Shown here: in pieces, positions 30,382 through 38,985 of the stretch
Position numbering within the stretch: position 1 is the stretch's first letter
Layout: every line of letters begins with the position of its first letter
Assembly: GCA_965228895.1 (NCBI GenBank)
Contig: OZ245842.1
Coordinates: 2,560,001-2,624,000 of the forward strand
From: Alphaproteobacteria bacterium
Lineage (GTDB): Bacteria; Pseudomonadota; Alphaproteobacteria; SP197
Reading direction: 5' to 3'
Length of the DNA: 64,000 bases
Translations under genes and position numbers: made by a program
The notes under the pieces: generated by a model
The model's database searches: none
Seen by the model: only the letters and a program-made list of their open reading frames with translations
What the model was told of the DNA's origin: nothing

Positions 30382-31775
30382 AGATGCATCCCAACGGAGG
30401 GCATGACCTCAATTTTTCTGTGATGTGGTTTTGTCTTCGCGTAGCGACGCATCATCACGGCGTAGAAGCACGCCTTCAAAACATCGTCCCGCTTGGCAAC
30501 GATCTTGCCGGAGTCGTCGCGGTGGTAGCTGCGGAACTCCTCGAAAAACTCCTTGCAGCTCTCAAAGACCTTGAACTGGCCCTGCTGCATCATGTTGATG
30601 ACGTCTTGAACCACCGGCTCGACAGCCTGCCTGCCGCCCGTCTTGTTGTCGTAACGCGCAGAGCGGGAGAGCATCTTGACGCCCTTCTCGACGTACTGGT
30701 GTCTCAGCTCTTTCCCCGAACCCTTGTCGTGCTGGTGGCCGTCATGCGGCCATGAAACGGGAGCCCACGAGTCAACGCGGTTGATAGCTTCCGCGTGTGT
30801 TGCGGCGTCCCCCCCGGTTTCCCGGTAGGAACGGGTGACGTAGATGATGTCTTTGTCTCTATCGATGGCCAGATCACACAGCCCGAAAGGATGGCCGTAA
30901 CCGAAGTCGATGCCCTTGATCTTCGCAAAGTGCGGGGGGATCGGCATGACGGAAACCTTGATGTCTTCCTCGGAGAAGGGGAACACCCTGCCCTGTCCCA
31001 TCATTGGGACACCCAGAGTCCGGGCCTCAACCTCATAGTCCGGATAGGACTGCTTCAGCTCGTTCTTGTCGTCTTCATCCAAGTGAGGCGCGTCGTCCCA
31101 AGTCGCTGTTACAAGCTGCGTACCCCGTAAGCCTTCCTGGAAGTGGAGAACCAGGTCCGTCACACCCAATAGAGGTGTGAACGTCACCATTATCGTGCCC
31201 TTGGATGTCAGGATTCGTGTGAGGGCTTCGGTGTAAATCTTGTAGTCGTCGGGCTCCTCATCCAACCACACAACGATGGGCGCGGTGCCCTGCCACTTCT
31301 GCCAACCCTGATCGTATGTCTTGAAAACAATCGTTGAGGTGCCGCGCCTGTGCTTGACTTTAACTGTGTCAACAACGTCCGACACGCCAGCCTGGCGCAT
31401 CTTCGGTTTGCCTTTGATCTTGGACTTTGGGATGAAGCCGGTTCCCAGCTCCTCACCAATTCCCCCAATCAAGGCCCTTTGTGTAATGTCACGTGAGGAC
31501 TCCGATGTAACCGAGCCAACCCATATCAGGCCGGGTTTATCGAACCTCTTTCCTTCCCACCAGTCCGGGTATTCGCCGGTTGCGTGCATGGCGACTTCAG
31601 CGGCGGCGCATTGGGTTTTGCCAACCCGGTTTGCCGCCATGACCATCCGTTCCCGAACATCGGTGTGATGGGCTTTCTGGAAGGGATAGGGCTCATAAAA
31701 CTCCAAGGCGTTCTCAGACAGAAAGGCGTCAACCTTGTTGAAAAACTCGGCTGTCAGGGCCTCTAGGTTGTCCAC
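30378..31775 (-). CDS. terL: Terminase large subunit
   Basis: PYPFQ, Walker A AANRVGKT, Walker B VWLDEEP, TFTP, nuclease GIDFG...DDV. Confidence 0.95.
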   Translation of the reverse strand: MDNLEALTAEFFNKVDAFLSENALEFYEPYPFQKAHHTDVRERMVMAANRVGKTQCAAAEVAMHATGEYPDWWEGKRFDKPGLIWVGSVTSESSRDITQRALIGGIGEELGTGFIPKSKIKGKPKMRQAGVSDVVDTVKVKHRRGTSTIVFKTYDQGWQKWQGTAPIVVWLDEEPDDYKIYTEALTRILTSKGTIMVTFTPLLGVTDLVLHFQEGLRGTQLVTATWDDAPHLDEDDKNELKQSYPDYEVEARTLGVPMMGQGRVFPFSEEDIKVSVMPIPPHFAKIKGIDFGYGHPFGLCDLAIDRDKDIIYVTRSYRETGGDAATHAEAINRVDSWAPVSWPHDGHQHDKGSGKELRHQYVEKGVKMLSRSARYDNKTGGRQAVEPVVQDVINMMQQGQFKVFESCKEFFEEFRSYHRDDSGKIVAKRDDVLKACFYAVMMRRYAKTKPHHRKIEVMPSVGMHL

Positions 31776-32392
31776 TCTCTAGCCCTCCCTGACAAAAACC
31801 TGACTCTGCCGTTGAAAACCTGCTTGCAGGCATTCTCCCAGATGGACTCCTTGGCCTCCCGGTTGAAGTTCGTCCAAGCGGGCTTCTCTCCGTATTTCAA
31901 AAGAGAACTCTCATCGGGCGGGTCGAAGTAGTGCCCGCTGTCGTCTAACGGCATGCCTGCGACGGTGACGGACTCGTAACCCAACCCAAGCGCTGTATAG
32001 ATGGCATTGAGTCCTGATGTTCCGTGGCCCGGCCACGGCCAGACGTGCTGAACGTGAGACTGATAGCCGCACGAATGCGTCATCAACCGGCTGTCGTAAC
32101 CTTTGTATCGAAAACTTCTTGCCGTCACCCATGTCGGGATCTGATCGCCGTGCATGGAGAACCAATGTCTGATTTCACACGGCAGGTGCATACCGATGTC
32201 ATTAACAACAAGAACATCGGCGTTGTAGATGTTGACGTTTTCAAGATCGTCCCAGACACACCTGCCGGACGCGATAACGATGCACTCACCGGAAAACGCC
32301 CCCGCCACCTCCGGTAAATCCTTGTTCGCCTTGAACCCCTCGTCCCTCAACCACTTGCTGTTGAGGATGTCAGCGGTAGGCGAAGCCGCCAT
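31763..32392 (-). CDS. Maf/MptE/sialyltransferase-like (Rossmann) enzyme
   Basis: IVIASG, VVND, GTSGLNAIYTALGLGYESVTVAGMPL...HYF pattern. Confidence 0.55.
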   Translation of the reverse strand: MAASPTADILNSKWLRDEGFKANKDLPEVAGAFSGECIVIASGRCVWDDLENVNIYNADVLVVNDIGMHLPCEIRHWFSMHGDQIPTWVTARSFRYKGYDSRLMTHSCGYQSHVQHVWPWPGHGTSGLNAIYTALGLGYESVTVAGMPLDDSGHYFDPPDESSLLKYGEKPAWTNFNREAKESIWENACKQVFNGRVRFLSGRAREWTT

Positions 32393-33005
32393 GGTGCGTA
32401 AGCTTTATTGAGGGGTCGGCCAAAACCTTGAACCCACAAGCGCGGGCGTCTTTACAAAACGCGTAATCTTCCGAGAGATAAACGTCGTCATCGACGCGAG
32501 GGTTGAACCACGCATACGAGCGTCTGTTCTTTTCTCCGGGCACACCTTCCCAGTGTTCCAATTCAGGTTTGGCGGCGCGCATATCTACCAGAACCCCTCT
32601 GTCAATCATCATGAAGCCGGTTCCGGCGTAATCGACTTCAGTCACTCCGTCGAGCCCCGACGCCTCCACCATCTTTCCCCCGACCCACGCACATGTCGGT
32701 GAGTCCGGGCGCTTCATCGGATAGAGCCCAACCGCGATGTCCGTATCCATGTTCCAAAGGGTCGCCACGTCTTCCGTTCGAAACTCAATGTCCGAGTCGA
32801 TGAACATCAGCTTTTGAAACTCTGTCTCCAAGAACGTCGTGGCGATGTTGTTGCGTGCCCTTTGAATGAGCGACTCGTTCCACACCAGCAAAACATCGTG
32901 GGCGATGTTCCCCACAGTTAAGTCTGCTCTGAGCTCCATCATCGAGCGGGCGTATGGTGAATCAGCCTTGCCCCCGTAACACGGCGTGGCGAAAAGCACG
33001 CTCAC
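32370..33005 (-). CDS. GT-A (family 2-like) glycosyltransferase
   Basis: ATPCYGG, ESLIQRARN, FIDSD (DxD), AGTGFMMI, LSEDYAFC, LTHHG. Confidence 0.85.
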   Translation of the reverse strand: MSVLFATPCYGGKADSPYARSMMELRADLTVGNIAHDVLLVWNESLIQRARNNIATTFLETEFQKLMFIDSDIEFRTEDVATLWNMDTDIAVGLYPMKRPDSPTCAWVGGKMVEASGLDGVTEVDYAGTGFMMIDRGVLVDMRAAKPELEHWEGVPGEKNRRSYAWFNPRVDDDVYLSEDYAFCKDARACGFKVLADPSIKLTHHGGFAYR

Positions 33006-33121
33006 CGGAAGCCCATCAGGCGTCCGACATTCACAAGCAGCCCCCTCCTTGGGGTATCTTCGTCAGCGGGTGCGTCGGCTGGGCTTCCGCCCATGCCTAG
33101 GTTTGTTATCCAAAGCAGCAT
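33002..33121 (-). CDS. 39-aa peptide (not in ORF track)
   Basis: MLLWITNLGMGGSPADAPADEDTPRRGLLVNVGRLMGFR; TAATG and GTGA overlaps at both ends. Confidence 0.7.
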   Translation of the reverse strand: MLLWITNLGMGGSPADAPADEDTPRRGLLVNVGRLMGFR

Positions 33122-33855
33122 TAGCCAACCCCCAACAGCGCCAGGCGCGGTATGAAAACAACGCCGCTAATACCCAACCGGCTGTTCACGTCGTCTGTCT
33201 CAATGCCTGCCGCAACGCCAAAGGTGATGAAGCTCGATAGGTCCTGGCTGGTTTTGATTGTCGATGTGAACTGCCCGGACCTCAGCAATGCCTTGGGGCC
33301 GGTGGATAGCGTATGGTATGTGTCAGAGCCGTCCCACGACATGGCGCGCGGGTTTGTGCCGGCGGCGATGCTGTCCTTCAGCGTCGAAGTAAACTGGCCG
33401 GAGGTCAGGTAAACCTTATCATCACCGCGCCCCGTCCACGGCGAGTTAGTGCCGTCGTATGTAATGCCCTCCAAGGCGTTATCGATCGTGCCAACGCTCT
33501 CGCTGGTTTTGATTGTCGATGTGAACTGCCCGCTCGTCACATAGAGTTTGTCGTCGCCCGAACCGCACCAAGGGGTGTTCGTTCCATCCCAAGATATGCC
33601 GGCCGGGGCGGTATCGATCGACCCGACAGACTCACTGGTTTTTATGGTTGAGGTGAACTTGTCGCTGGTCAGGTACAGCTTGTCGTCTGTGGTGCCGCAC
33701 CAAGGCGTATCGGTCCCGTCCCAGGCAATACCAAACGCCGACGCCTCTATGGCAGAAACGTCTTCGCTGTCCCGAAGCGTCGTGGTGAAGACACCGCTGG
33801 CCAAAAACAGCTTATCAACGCCCGGCGCGGCATAGAGAATTTCAGTTGTGGCCAT
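33121..33855 (-). CDS. Five-repeat (~44 aa) beta-propeller-like protein
   Basis: DKLY.TSGQFTSTIKTS...GI.WDGT.TPW repeats; 132-bp DNA periodicity; C-terminal RLALLGVG. Confidence 0.75.
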   Translation of the reverse strand: MATTEILYAAPGVDKLFLASGVFTTTLRDSEDVSAIEASAFGIAWDGTDTPWCGTTDDKLYLTSDKFTSTIKTSESVGSIDTAPAGISWDGTNTPWCGSGDDKLYVTSGQFTSTIKTSESVGTIDNALEGITYDGTNSPWTGRGDDKVYLTSGQFTSTLKDSIAAGTNPRAMSWDGSDTYHTLSTGPKALLRSGQFTSTIKTSQDLSSFITFGVAAGIETDDVNSRLGISGVVFIPRLALLGVG

Positions 33856-34474
33856 TCATAGCACCAAACGCCCGAGCTACTTCTGTCAGCTCGATCTCGT
33901 TAAAGTGGAGGCATGGATAATTGTAGTGCATCCATATCTCGAACCCCCTTGCCCTTGCTCGCTCGCAAAAAGCAATGTCGTTGCCCTTATCCACGGTCCC
34001 GTCCTCGTTGTGGGTTCGCTGGAACGGGGCCTTTCGCATCTCAGGATCTTCGAAGACACGCCGCGCGACCATAAAACAGCCGGTTCCAACAGCATCCACA
34101 CGCTGTAGCCCCCCACCTGGTGGGTGTTCCTTGTAGGCTTTGCCGGAAGAGTCATAGCCGTTGTAATAATACGGACGATCACCAGGCTTGGCGTTGTGCC
34201 AAACCGGCGTCGGGCAGCCGATCACGTCCTTGTCGTAGAGAACCAGATCGAGCGGGTTGCCTATGGGCGGGTTATCGGAGTCAAACGACAGCCAGTAATC
34301 TTCGTTCCCGGACATGAAGTCATTGACGATGTGATGCAGATTGTTCTCGAACGGCGTATGCGTCGGCAGGAGTATCCTCAGTTGGAATCGCCTATCCTGC
34401 TGTATCCTCAAAAGCGCAAAAGCGCAGTGTTTGTGTATCCACCCCGTTGTCGGGACGGTGACAAGGACCCTCAA
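33842..34474 (-). CDS. GT-A (family 2-like) glycosyltransferase
   Basis: VTVPTTG, SFDSD, AVGTGCFMV, GNDIAFC, CLH; TTG start in TTGA overlap. Confidence 0.82.
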   Translation of the reverse strand: MRVLVTVPTTGWIHKHCAFALLRIQQDRRFQLRILLPTHTPFENNLHHIVNDFMSGNEDYWLSFDSDNPPIGNPLDLVLYDKDVIGCPTPVWHNAKPGDRPYYYNGYDSSGKAYKEHPPGGGLQRVDAVGTGCFMVARRVFEDPEMRKAPFQRTHNEDGTVDKGNDIAFCERARARGFEIWMHYNYPCLHFNEIELTEVARAFGAMNGHN

Positions 34475-34995
34475 CGTGTTTGCTTGATCGTCACGCCCAT
34501 GGCGGCCTTCCGGGCGGCCCACGTCTTTCCTGTGTTTCTTCGCCTACCGGGCGTCGGATCGTCCGGGTCCAGTGCCTTGTCGATCTCGGCCTGGGGTATC
34601 GTTTCACCCAACGCACGCCGGTTCGTCAGATTCTGGATGGCGTCCAGATCCTCATTGACCTCCGGCTCGTGAGCGTGGGCACGGTTGTCGTGAAAGTCCG
34701 CAAACTCAGTCTCTGGGATGATGGAACAAACAGAGGGAAACGCGGCCACGGCCTGATTGGCGAAATCCTCATCCACCAAAAGACAGCCCCATTGCGTGCC
34801 TCTTGGGGAGCCCGCCTCCTCTACGTCGTGGCCCGCCACCTTGTCATAGTGCCAGCCTCCCCCAACCATATCGACGTAGTGGGACCAGTCCTGGCTGGAT
34901 ACCTTGACGACCGCAAGGGCGTTGAAGTCGGGATATTCAGCGCGCTTGTTGGCGCGTTGGCCGATCCTGACCTTCAGGGCAACAAGATCCATCAC
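34471..34995 (-). CDS. Hypothetical protein
   Basis: Coupled on both sides within the terS-terL insert. Confidence 0.65.
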   Translation of the reverse strand: MMDLVALKVRIGQRANKRAEYPDFNALAVVKVSSQDWSHYVDMVGGGWHYDKVAGHDVEEAGSPRGTQWGCLLVDEDFANQAVAAFPSVCSIIPETEFADFHDNRAHAHEPEVNEDLDAIQNLTNRRALGETIPQAEIDKALDPDDPTPGRRRNTGKTWAARKAAMGVTIKQTR

Positions 34996-36602
34996 GTATA
35001 CCCCGCGTTGACAAAGACTCCATTCGTTCCCGGGTCGCCCGTCGAGCCATCAATCGTTGTGGTGACAACCAGCGTGATGGCCGTCGCAAAATCCTGCCCG
35101 TTCGGACCAAGGGGAAGGTTGAAGCCAGCGCCGTTTGTGCTGCCAGCCGTCGGGATTGGGAATGTGAAATCCGGTGTGGTCGTGCCCGGCGTAACGCTTG
35201 CCGTTGTCGCATCGTAAAGATGCAGATAGGCAACGGCAGCCGTCATATTCATGACGTGCAGCCAATCCAGACGCCCGGCGCTGGCCTTTATGGCCGCTTC
35301 TGCATTGGCGTCAACATTGCGGTACATCGACGCGGCGGGTGTTGTCTGCGTGTCGATATTGTCCAGAACCGCATTGTCCGTCGCACCCAAGTTGACTGTG
35401 CCGATGGTGTTTGAACCAGTAGGCAGCGCCGATGCAATATCAACATCACCGATGTTGTTTGTCCCGGCAGGCAGCGCGGACAGGGCCACAGCCTCACTGT
35501 CGAGCGTTACCTTGAGGTCGCCCACCGAGTTTGTCTGAAGGTTATGCCGGTCGGTGCCATCGTCGGCCTGCAACAGAACGCCGGAACTAAGGACAGCCGC
35601 GCCCTCTGCCGCGTAGGCGTCGGCGATAAGAGACAGAGTGTTGTTCGTGGCCGCGCCGCTCGGTAAGGCGGACGTAACGACATCCACTTGCATCTCCGAA
35701 CCGGACACGGCCCCGGCAAGGGTGCCAAGGTTCGTGTCCATGCTGGCCGTATCAGCAAGGATGGCGTCCGAATTGAAGTCCTGCACCCACAAAGCACCCT
35801 CTGCGGTGCCCCTCAACCCGATCCAGTCGCCCTCAACCGGCGTGACTGTGGTTAGAGCGTCGTCACGCTCAATAAGCGTGGCCGTGCCGGAGATCGTCGC
35901 TGGGGTCGCAGCGTCTTCGCTGTATTCCGTCCCCGAACCGCCACCGGAGAGAACATCAACCTGCAGATGACCATCCGTATCGACAAGAACGTTGGTTCTG
36001 TCCGTCCCATCGTCCGCCTGCATAAGGACGCCGGAACCGAGAGCAGAGCCCTCTGTCGCAAAGCCCGCCGCGATTGTGTCGGAGTTCGTGTGTATGTCCG
36101 ACGTGTCGGCATCGATGGCCGTTAGAAGCGCCTCGATGCCATCAACATGCCCGATGATGGTTGATTGGTTGGCGGCGGTAGAAGCCCCAGAGGGCAAGGG
36201 AAGCGACGCGGCGGAAACCGGCTGGGTGACACCGGAACCATCGACTGTAACCGTATTTGTAACATCGACTTGGACATCGCCCGTGGTGGCATCGACGTTA
36301 ATGTTCTTTCTGTCGGTGCCGTCGTCGCCTTGGAGAAGAACACCGGAGCCTAGAGCGGCACCTTCCGCAGCATAACCTGCTGCAATGGCGTCTAGGACGG
36401 CGTTGTCGGTCGCGCCAAGGTCCACAACGAAGGCGTTGGCGGAATCGTTCTGAACAGGAAGGCCGTTGGCGGATGTAACGCGGGTCTGGGTGTTATCCGC
36501 ACCGTATGCGGCCTTTATGTACTGCCAGTGCGCCGTGCCGTCGTCGTCGGTCTTAACCGTTGCCCCGCCCGTGCCGGGGTCGAGGACTACATTGTCAGCC
36601 AT
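34992..36602 (-). CDS. Acidic Ala/Thr/Ser/Gly-rich repeat protein, likely virion (head) fibre
   Basis: Three copies of IAA.Y/FA.EG.A..SGVL.Q.DDGTDR.N; ALP.G.N.IG repeats; beta-sandwich-like C-terminal domain. Confidence 0.65.
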   Translation of the reverse strand: MADNVVLDPGTGGATVKTDDDGTAHWQYIKAAYGADNTQTRVTSANGLPVQNDSANAFVVDLGATDNAVLDAIAAGYAAEGAALGSGVLLQGDDGTDRKNINVDATTGDVQVDVTNTVTVDGSGVTQPVSAASLPLPSGASTAANQSTIIGHVDGIEALLTAIDADTSDIHTNSDTIAAGFATEGSALGSGVLMQADDGTDRTNVLVDTDGHLQVDVLSGGGSGTEYSEDAATPATISGTATLIERDDALTTVTPVEGDWIGLRGTAEGALWVQDFNSDAILADTASMDTNLGTLAGAVSGSEMQVDVVTSALPSGAATNNTLSLIADAYAAEGAAVLSSGVLLQADDGTDRHNLQTNSVGDLKVTLDSEAVALSALPAGTNNIGDVDIASALPTGSNTIGTVNLGATDNAVLDNIDTQTTPAASMYRNVDANAEAAIKASAGRLDWLHVMNMTAAVAYLHLYDATTASVTPGTTTPDFTFPIPTAGSTNGAGFNLPLGPNGQDFATAITLVVTTTIDGSTGDPGTNGVFVNAGYT

Positions 36603-37074
36603 CGAACAACCTCAGAACGGCCATCAGTTCTTCCCTGTTTTTCTGGAATTTGGCCTTTTCCTCATGAAATTCGGCCCTAGCGACGTCAAGCCGCGCTGCG
36701 CGGTCGTCCATGTCGTTGGATTTTCTCGTATGCTCCTCAATGGCCGCCTCAAGTTCGGCCCCCCGCTTCCCAAGGTTGTCTTCACGCTGTTTTAGGGCGC
36801 ACTCCCTTTCTGTCAGGGCCGTTTTTTCGTCTTCAAGGGCTGACCTCGCGGCCTCAAGGGCCTGTTCCTGCCGTGCAAGTTCCCCGGCGCGGGCCTTCAG
36901 CATTCTTTCCATATCGAGCTGGGATGCGTCCCGGCTATCGAGCTCGTTCACGCGCCTTTCGAGCTTGGCAAGCGTCTTGTTGGCGCTCTCCTCTTGGGCG
37001 ATCAGGTGGTCCAGCCGCTTTTTCGTCTCGCCGGGATCGGTGGCGGCCTCCAAAATCTCGTAGGGAACATCCAT
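36595..37074 (-). CDS. Coiled-coil protein
   Basis: E/K/R/A/L heptads; TGATG-coupled start. Confidence 0.7.
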   Translation of the reverse strand: MDVPYEILEAATDPGETKKRLDHLIAQEESANKTLAKLERRVNELDSRDASQLDMERMLKARAGELARQEQALEAARSALEDEKTALTERECALKQREDNLGKRGAELEAAIEEHTRKSNDMDDRAARLDVARAEFHEEKAKFQKNREELMAVLRLFDG

Positions 37075-37382
37075 CAGCTGCACTCGCTTACCGTACAAAA
37101 GCCGGAGGCTCCGCTGGCGATAACGGCGATTGAGTCTCCGGGCCAAATAGGGATGTACTCCACAGCCCCTGCGCCCAAAAACGGGTCGTTGGTCGTCGCC
37201 GTCGGCGCGTCCTCTATTTTGTAGTGAATATCGACGCTCGCCGAGACACGCAGGTGCGTTGTCGTCCTGGCGGGGGCTGTAGACAGCGGATTGGTTGTTC
37301 CGGTAACCGCCAGCCTCTCTGTCCTACCCGGTCTAAGGGCCGGTGTCGGATGGCCGCCGCTATCCCTCGAAATCCTCGTCAA
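37074..37382 (-). CDS. Small beta-rich protein, possibly structural
   Basis: TTHLRVSASVDIHY...PTATTND; TTG start after GGAG. Confidence 0.55.
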   Translation of the reverse strand: MTRISRDSGGHPTPALRPGRTERLAVTGTTNPLSTAPARTTTHLRVSASVDIHYKIEDAPTATTNDPFLGAGAVEYIPIWPGDSIAVIASGASGFCTVSECS

Positions 37383-37930
37383 TAGTCCACTCTCCAAGTC
37401 TCAGAGATATTCCGCGCCCGATTGAGCCAGGTGACTTCACCGGAAAACCACTCTCGGAAGAGCCTGTCCCATTCCTCATAGGGCCGGATGTTGATGTGCA
37501 GATCCCGGTTCAAGTGATACGAGGGCTGGTTGTTGGCCGTCAGAACCACATGCCGTTTGGCAACCCTGTCCAACTCTCTACAAGCGAGTTCATCGTCTCC
37601 TTGAGGAAGGTGCTCGATAACGTCGAACATCGTGATGACATCGTATGTACAGTCAGGAAACGGGAGCTCGTGACACAGCCCCTCGAACACGTCGCCCCCG
37701 GTTAGATAGTCAACCGCCTCCAAACCATGGGCCGGGTAGAACCCCAACTCCTTGGCTTGAACGATCATCTCACCCCGTCCGCACCCAACATCCAGATAGG
37801 ACATCGTGCGGCCGTTCAGGAGAGATCTAAGAACCTCGCAGGCGTGTTCGTGCCGACGCGGGCCCATTTTGTAGTTGTCTGAAAGGTACGCCTCTTCGTA
37901 CTTCACTATTTCTTCAGCGCGGGTTTCCAA
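37379..37930 (-). CDS. Class I SAM-dependent methyltransferase
   Basis: YLDVGCGRG, LPFPDCTYDVITMFDVIEH. Confidence 0.9.
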   Translation of the reverse strand: METRAEEIVKYEEAYLSDNYKMGPRRHEHACEVLRSLLNGRTMSYLDVGCGRGEMIVQAKELGFYPAHGLEAVDYLTGGDVFEGLCHELPFPDCTYDVITMFDVIEHLPQGDDELACRELDRVAKRHVVLTANNQPSYHLNRDLHINIRPYEEWDRLFREWFSGEVTWLNRARNISETWRVDY

Positions 37931-38202
37931 TCTTCCCTCACACCAGATGCACGAGCATCGCCTATGTCAGTTTTCAGTATCTCCGCCACCGTCGATGGGA
38001 ACGCCCACATCGGCATTACCGAACCCGTGTCCCACGACGTGTATGCCTCACCGTCTGAACCGATACCGACAAGCGCGTAAGCTCTGATGTCACAGTCCTT
38101 CGTCATCTTGCGGGCAGCAGAGGCCATGCTGTCGGCCAATTCACGCTTGCGGCGCTTCTCGATGGTGTTCTTGTGAACGGAAAGCTCAACGCTCTTGGGC
38201 AC
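37906..38202 (-). CDS. Hypothetical protein
   Basis: ORF track; coupled in operon. Confidence 0.6.
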   Translation of the reverse strand: MPKSVELSVHKNTIEKRRKRELADSMASAARKMTKDCDIRAYALVGIGSDGEAYTSWDTGSVMPMWAFPSTVAEILKTDIGDARASGVREDWKPALKK

Positions 38203-38410
38203 GCCGTCTCCTCATGTAGTCACGCATGTACGCGTTGTAGGCAGATCGATTCTTAGAGCGCCACCTGGCATTGCGGGTGTTAGGTGACGTTTGAACTTCG
38301 GCCGGGCTGTTAGGTGACGCGTTAGGTGACGCCACATCGGGCGCATTGGCGCACGGCCTACCGCACCAAGTGCGAGAACCGCAGACTGAACAACGTTCGT
38401 CTAGGCGCAT
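38186..38410 (-). CDS. Small Zn-finger protein with SPN repeats and basic tail
   Basis: CSVC..WC..PC; ASPNASPN...TSPN; YNAYMRDYMRRRR. Confidence 0.6.
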   Translation of the reverse strand: MRLDERCSVCGSRTWCGRPCANAPDVASPNASPNSPAEVQTSPNTRNARWRSKNRSAYNAYMRDYMRRRRAQER

Positions 38411-38513
38411 AGGGCCTTTCAAATTCGGCCGGGTGTATGAGAGGCGACTACGCCCGCGCCCGCAGGCCCAGGGGGGTGGCCCCGGCACCCTCCAGCAGCC
38501 AATAAGGCGCTGA

Positions 38514-38541
38514 AAGTCGCATAAGCTACATTATGGAAAAT
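38514..38541 (+). other. dif-like XerC/XerD recombination site
   Basis: AAGTCGCATAA-GCTACA-TTATGGAAAAT vs E. coli dif GGTGCGCATAA-TGTATA-TTATGTTAAAT (7/11 and 9/11 arm matches, 6-bp spacer); intergenic. Confidence 0.8.
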
Positions 38542-38706
38542 GAATTACCGTGCTAGATCAATAGCCTAGCTATTCTGCATGACAAAGCCACACGTTTATG
38601 CCCGATCAGAGCCAGGCAGCCACACACCAGGCGTTGTAGCCATGCTGTAGAAGCATGTCGTCGTGTGCGCGTGTGTCGTTTGGAATGAGCAACAAACAAG
38701 GGCGAG

Positions 38707-38916
38707 TCACGCGGTATCTGCGTACCTGGCCCTGATCCTGTCTTCAATCATCGCACGAAGCGCTCTGTACCATTCACCAGCAAGCACAGCCATGTGTCTT
38801 TCACACAAGCACCAGCCCGCCTCGCGTAGCTTGGTGTCTATTGGTTCGCTGCATACCGTGCAGTTTGTTGCGAATGATGTACTAGCCATTAAGTGCTCTA
38901 GCTGTGCGCTCGTCAA
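38707..38916 (-). CDS. Small Cys-rich protein (start uncertain)
   Basis: CTVC...CLCERH. Confidence 0.45.
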   Translation of the reverse strand: MTSAQLEHLMASTSFATNCTVCSEPIDTKLREAGWCLCERHMAVLAGEWYRALRAMIEDRIRARYADTA

Positions 38917-38985
38917 TGAGCCTGGCCGCCTTGTCCAACTCGCGGATCATAGCCTTAGCGCGCTCAAGCATTCTCTCTACGTCAC

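Noticed and set aside
33121-33855. CRISPR array or DGR template/variable repeat
   Set aside because: Repeats are in-frame, degenerate protein repeats; no cas or reverse transcriptase gene in the window
31763-37930. DNA hypermodification cluster
   Set aside because: No thymidylate synthase, kinase, TET or polymerase genes seen; enzymes are interleaved with structural-type proteins in the late operon. Not fully excluded
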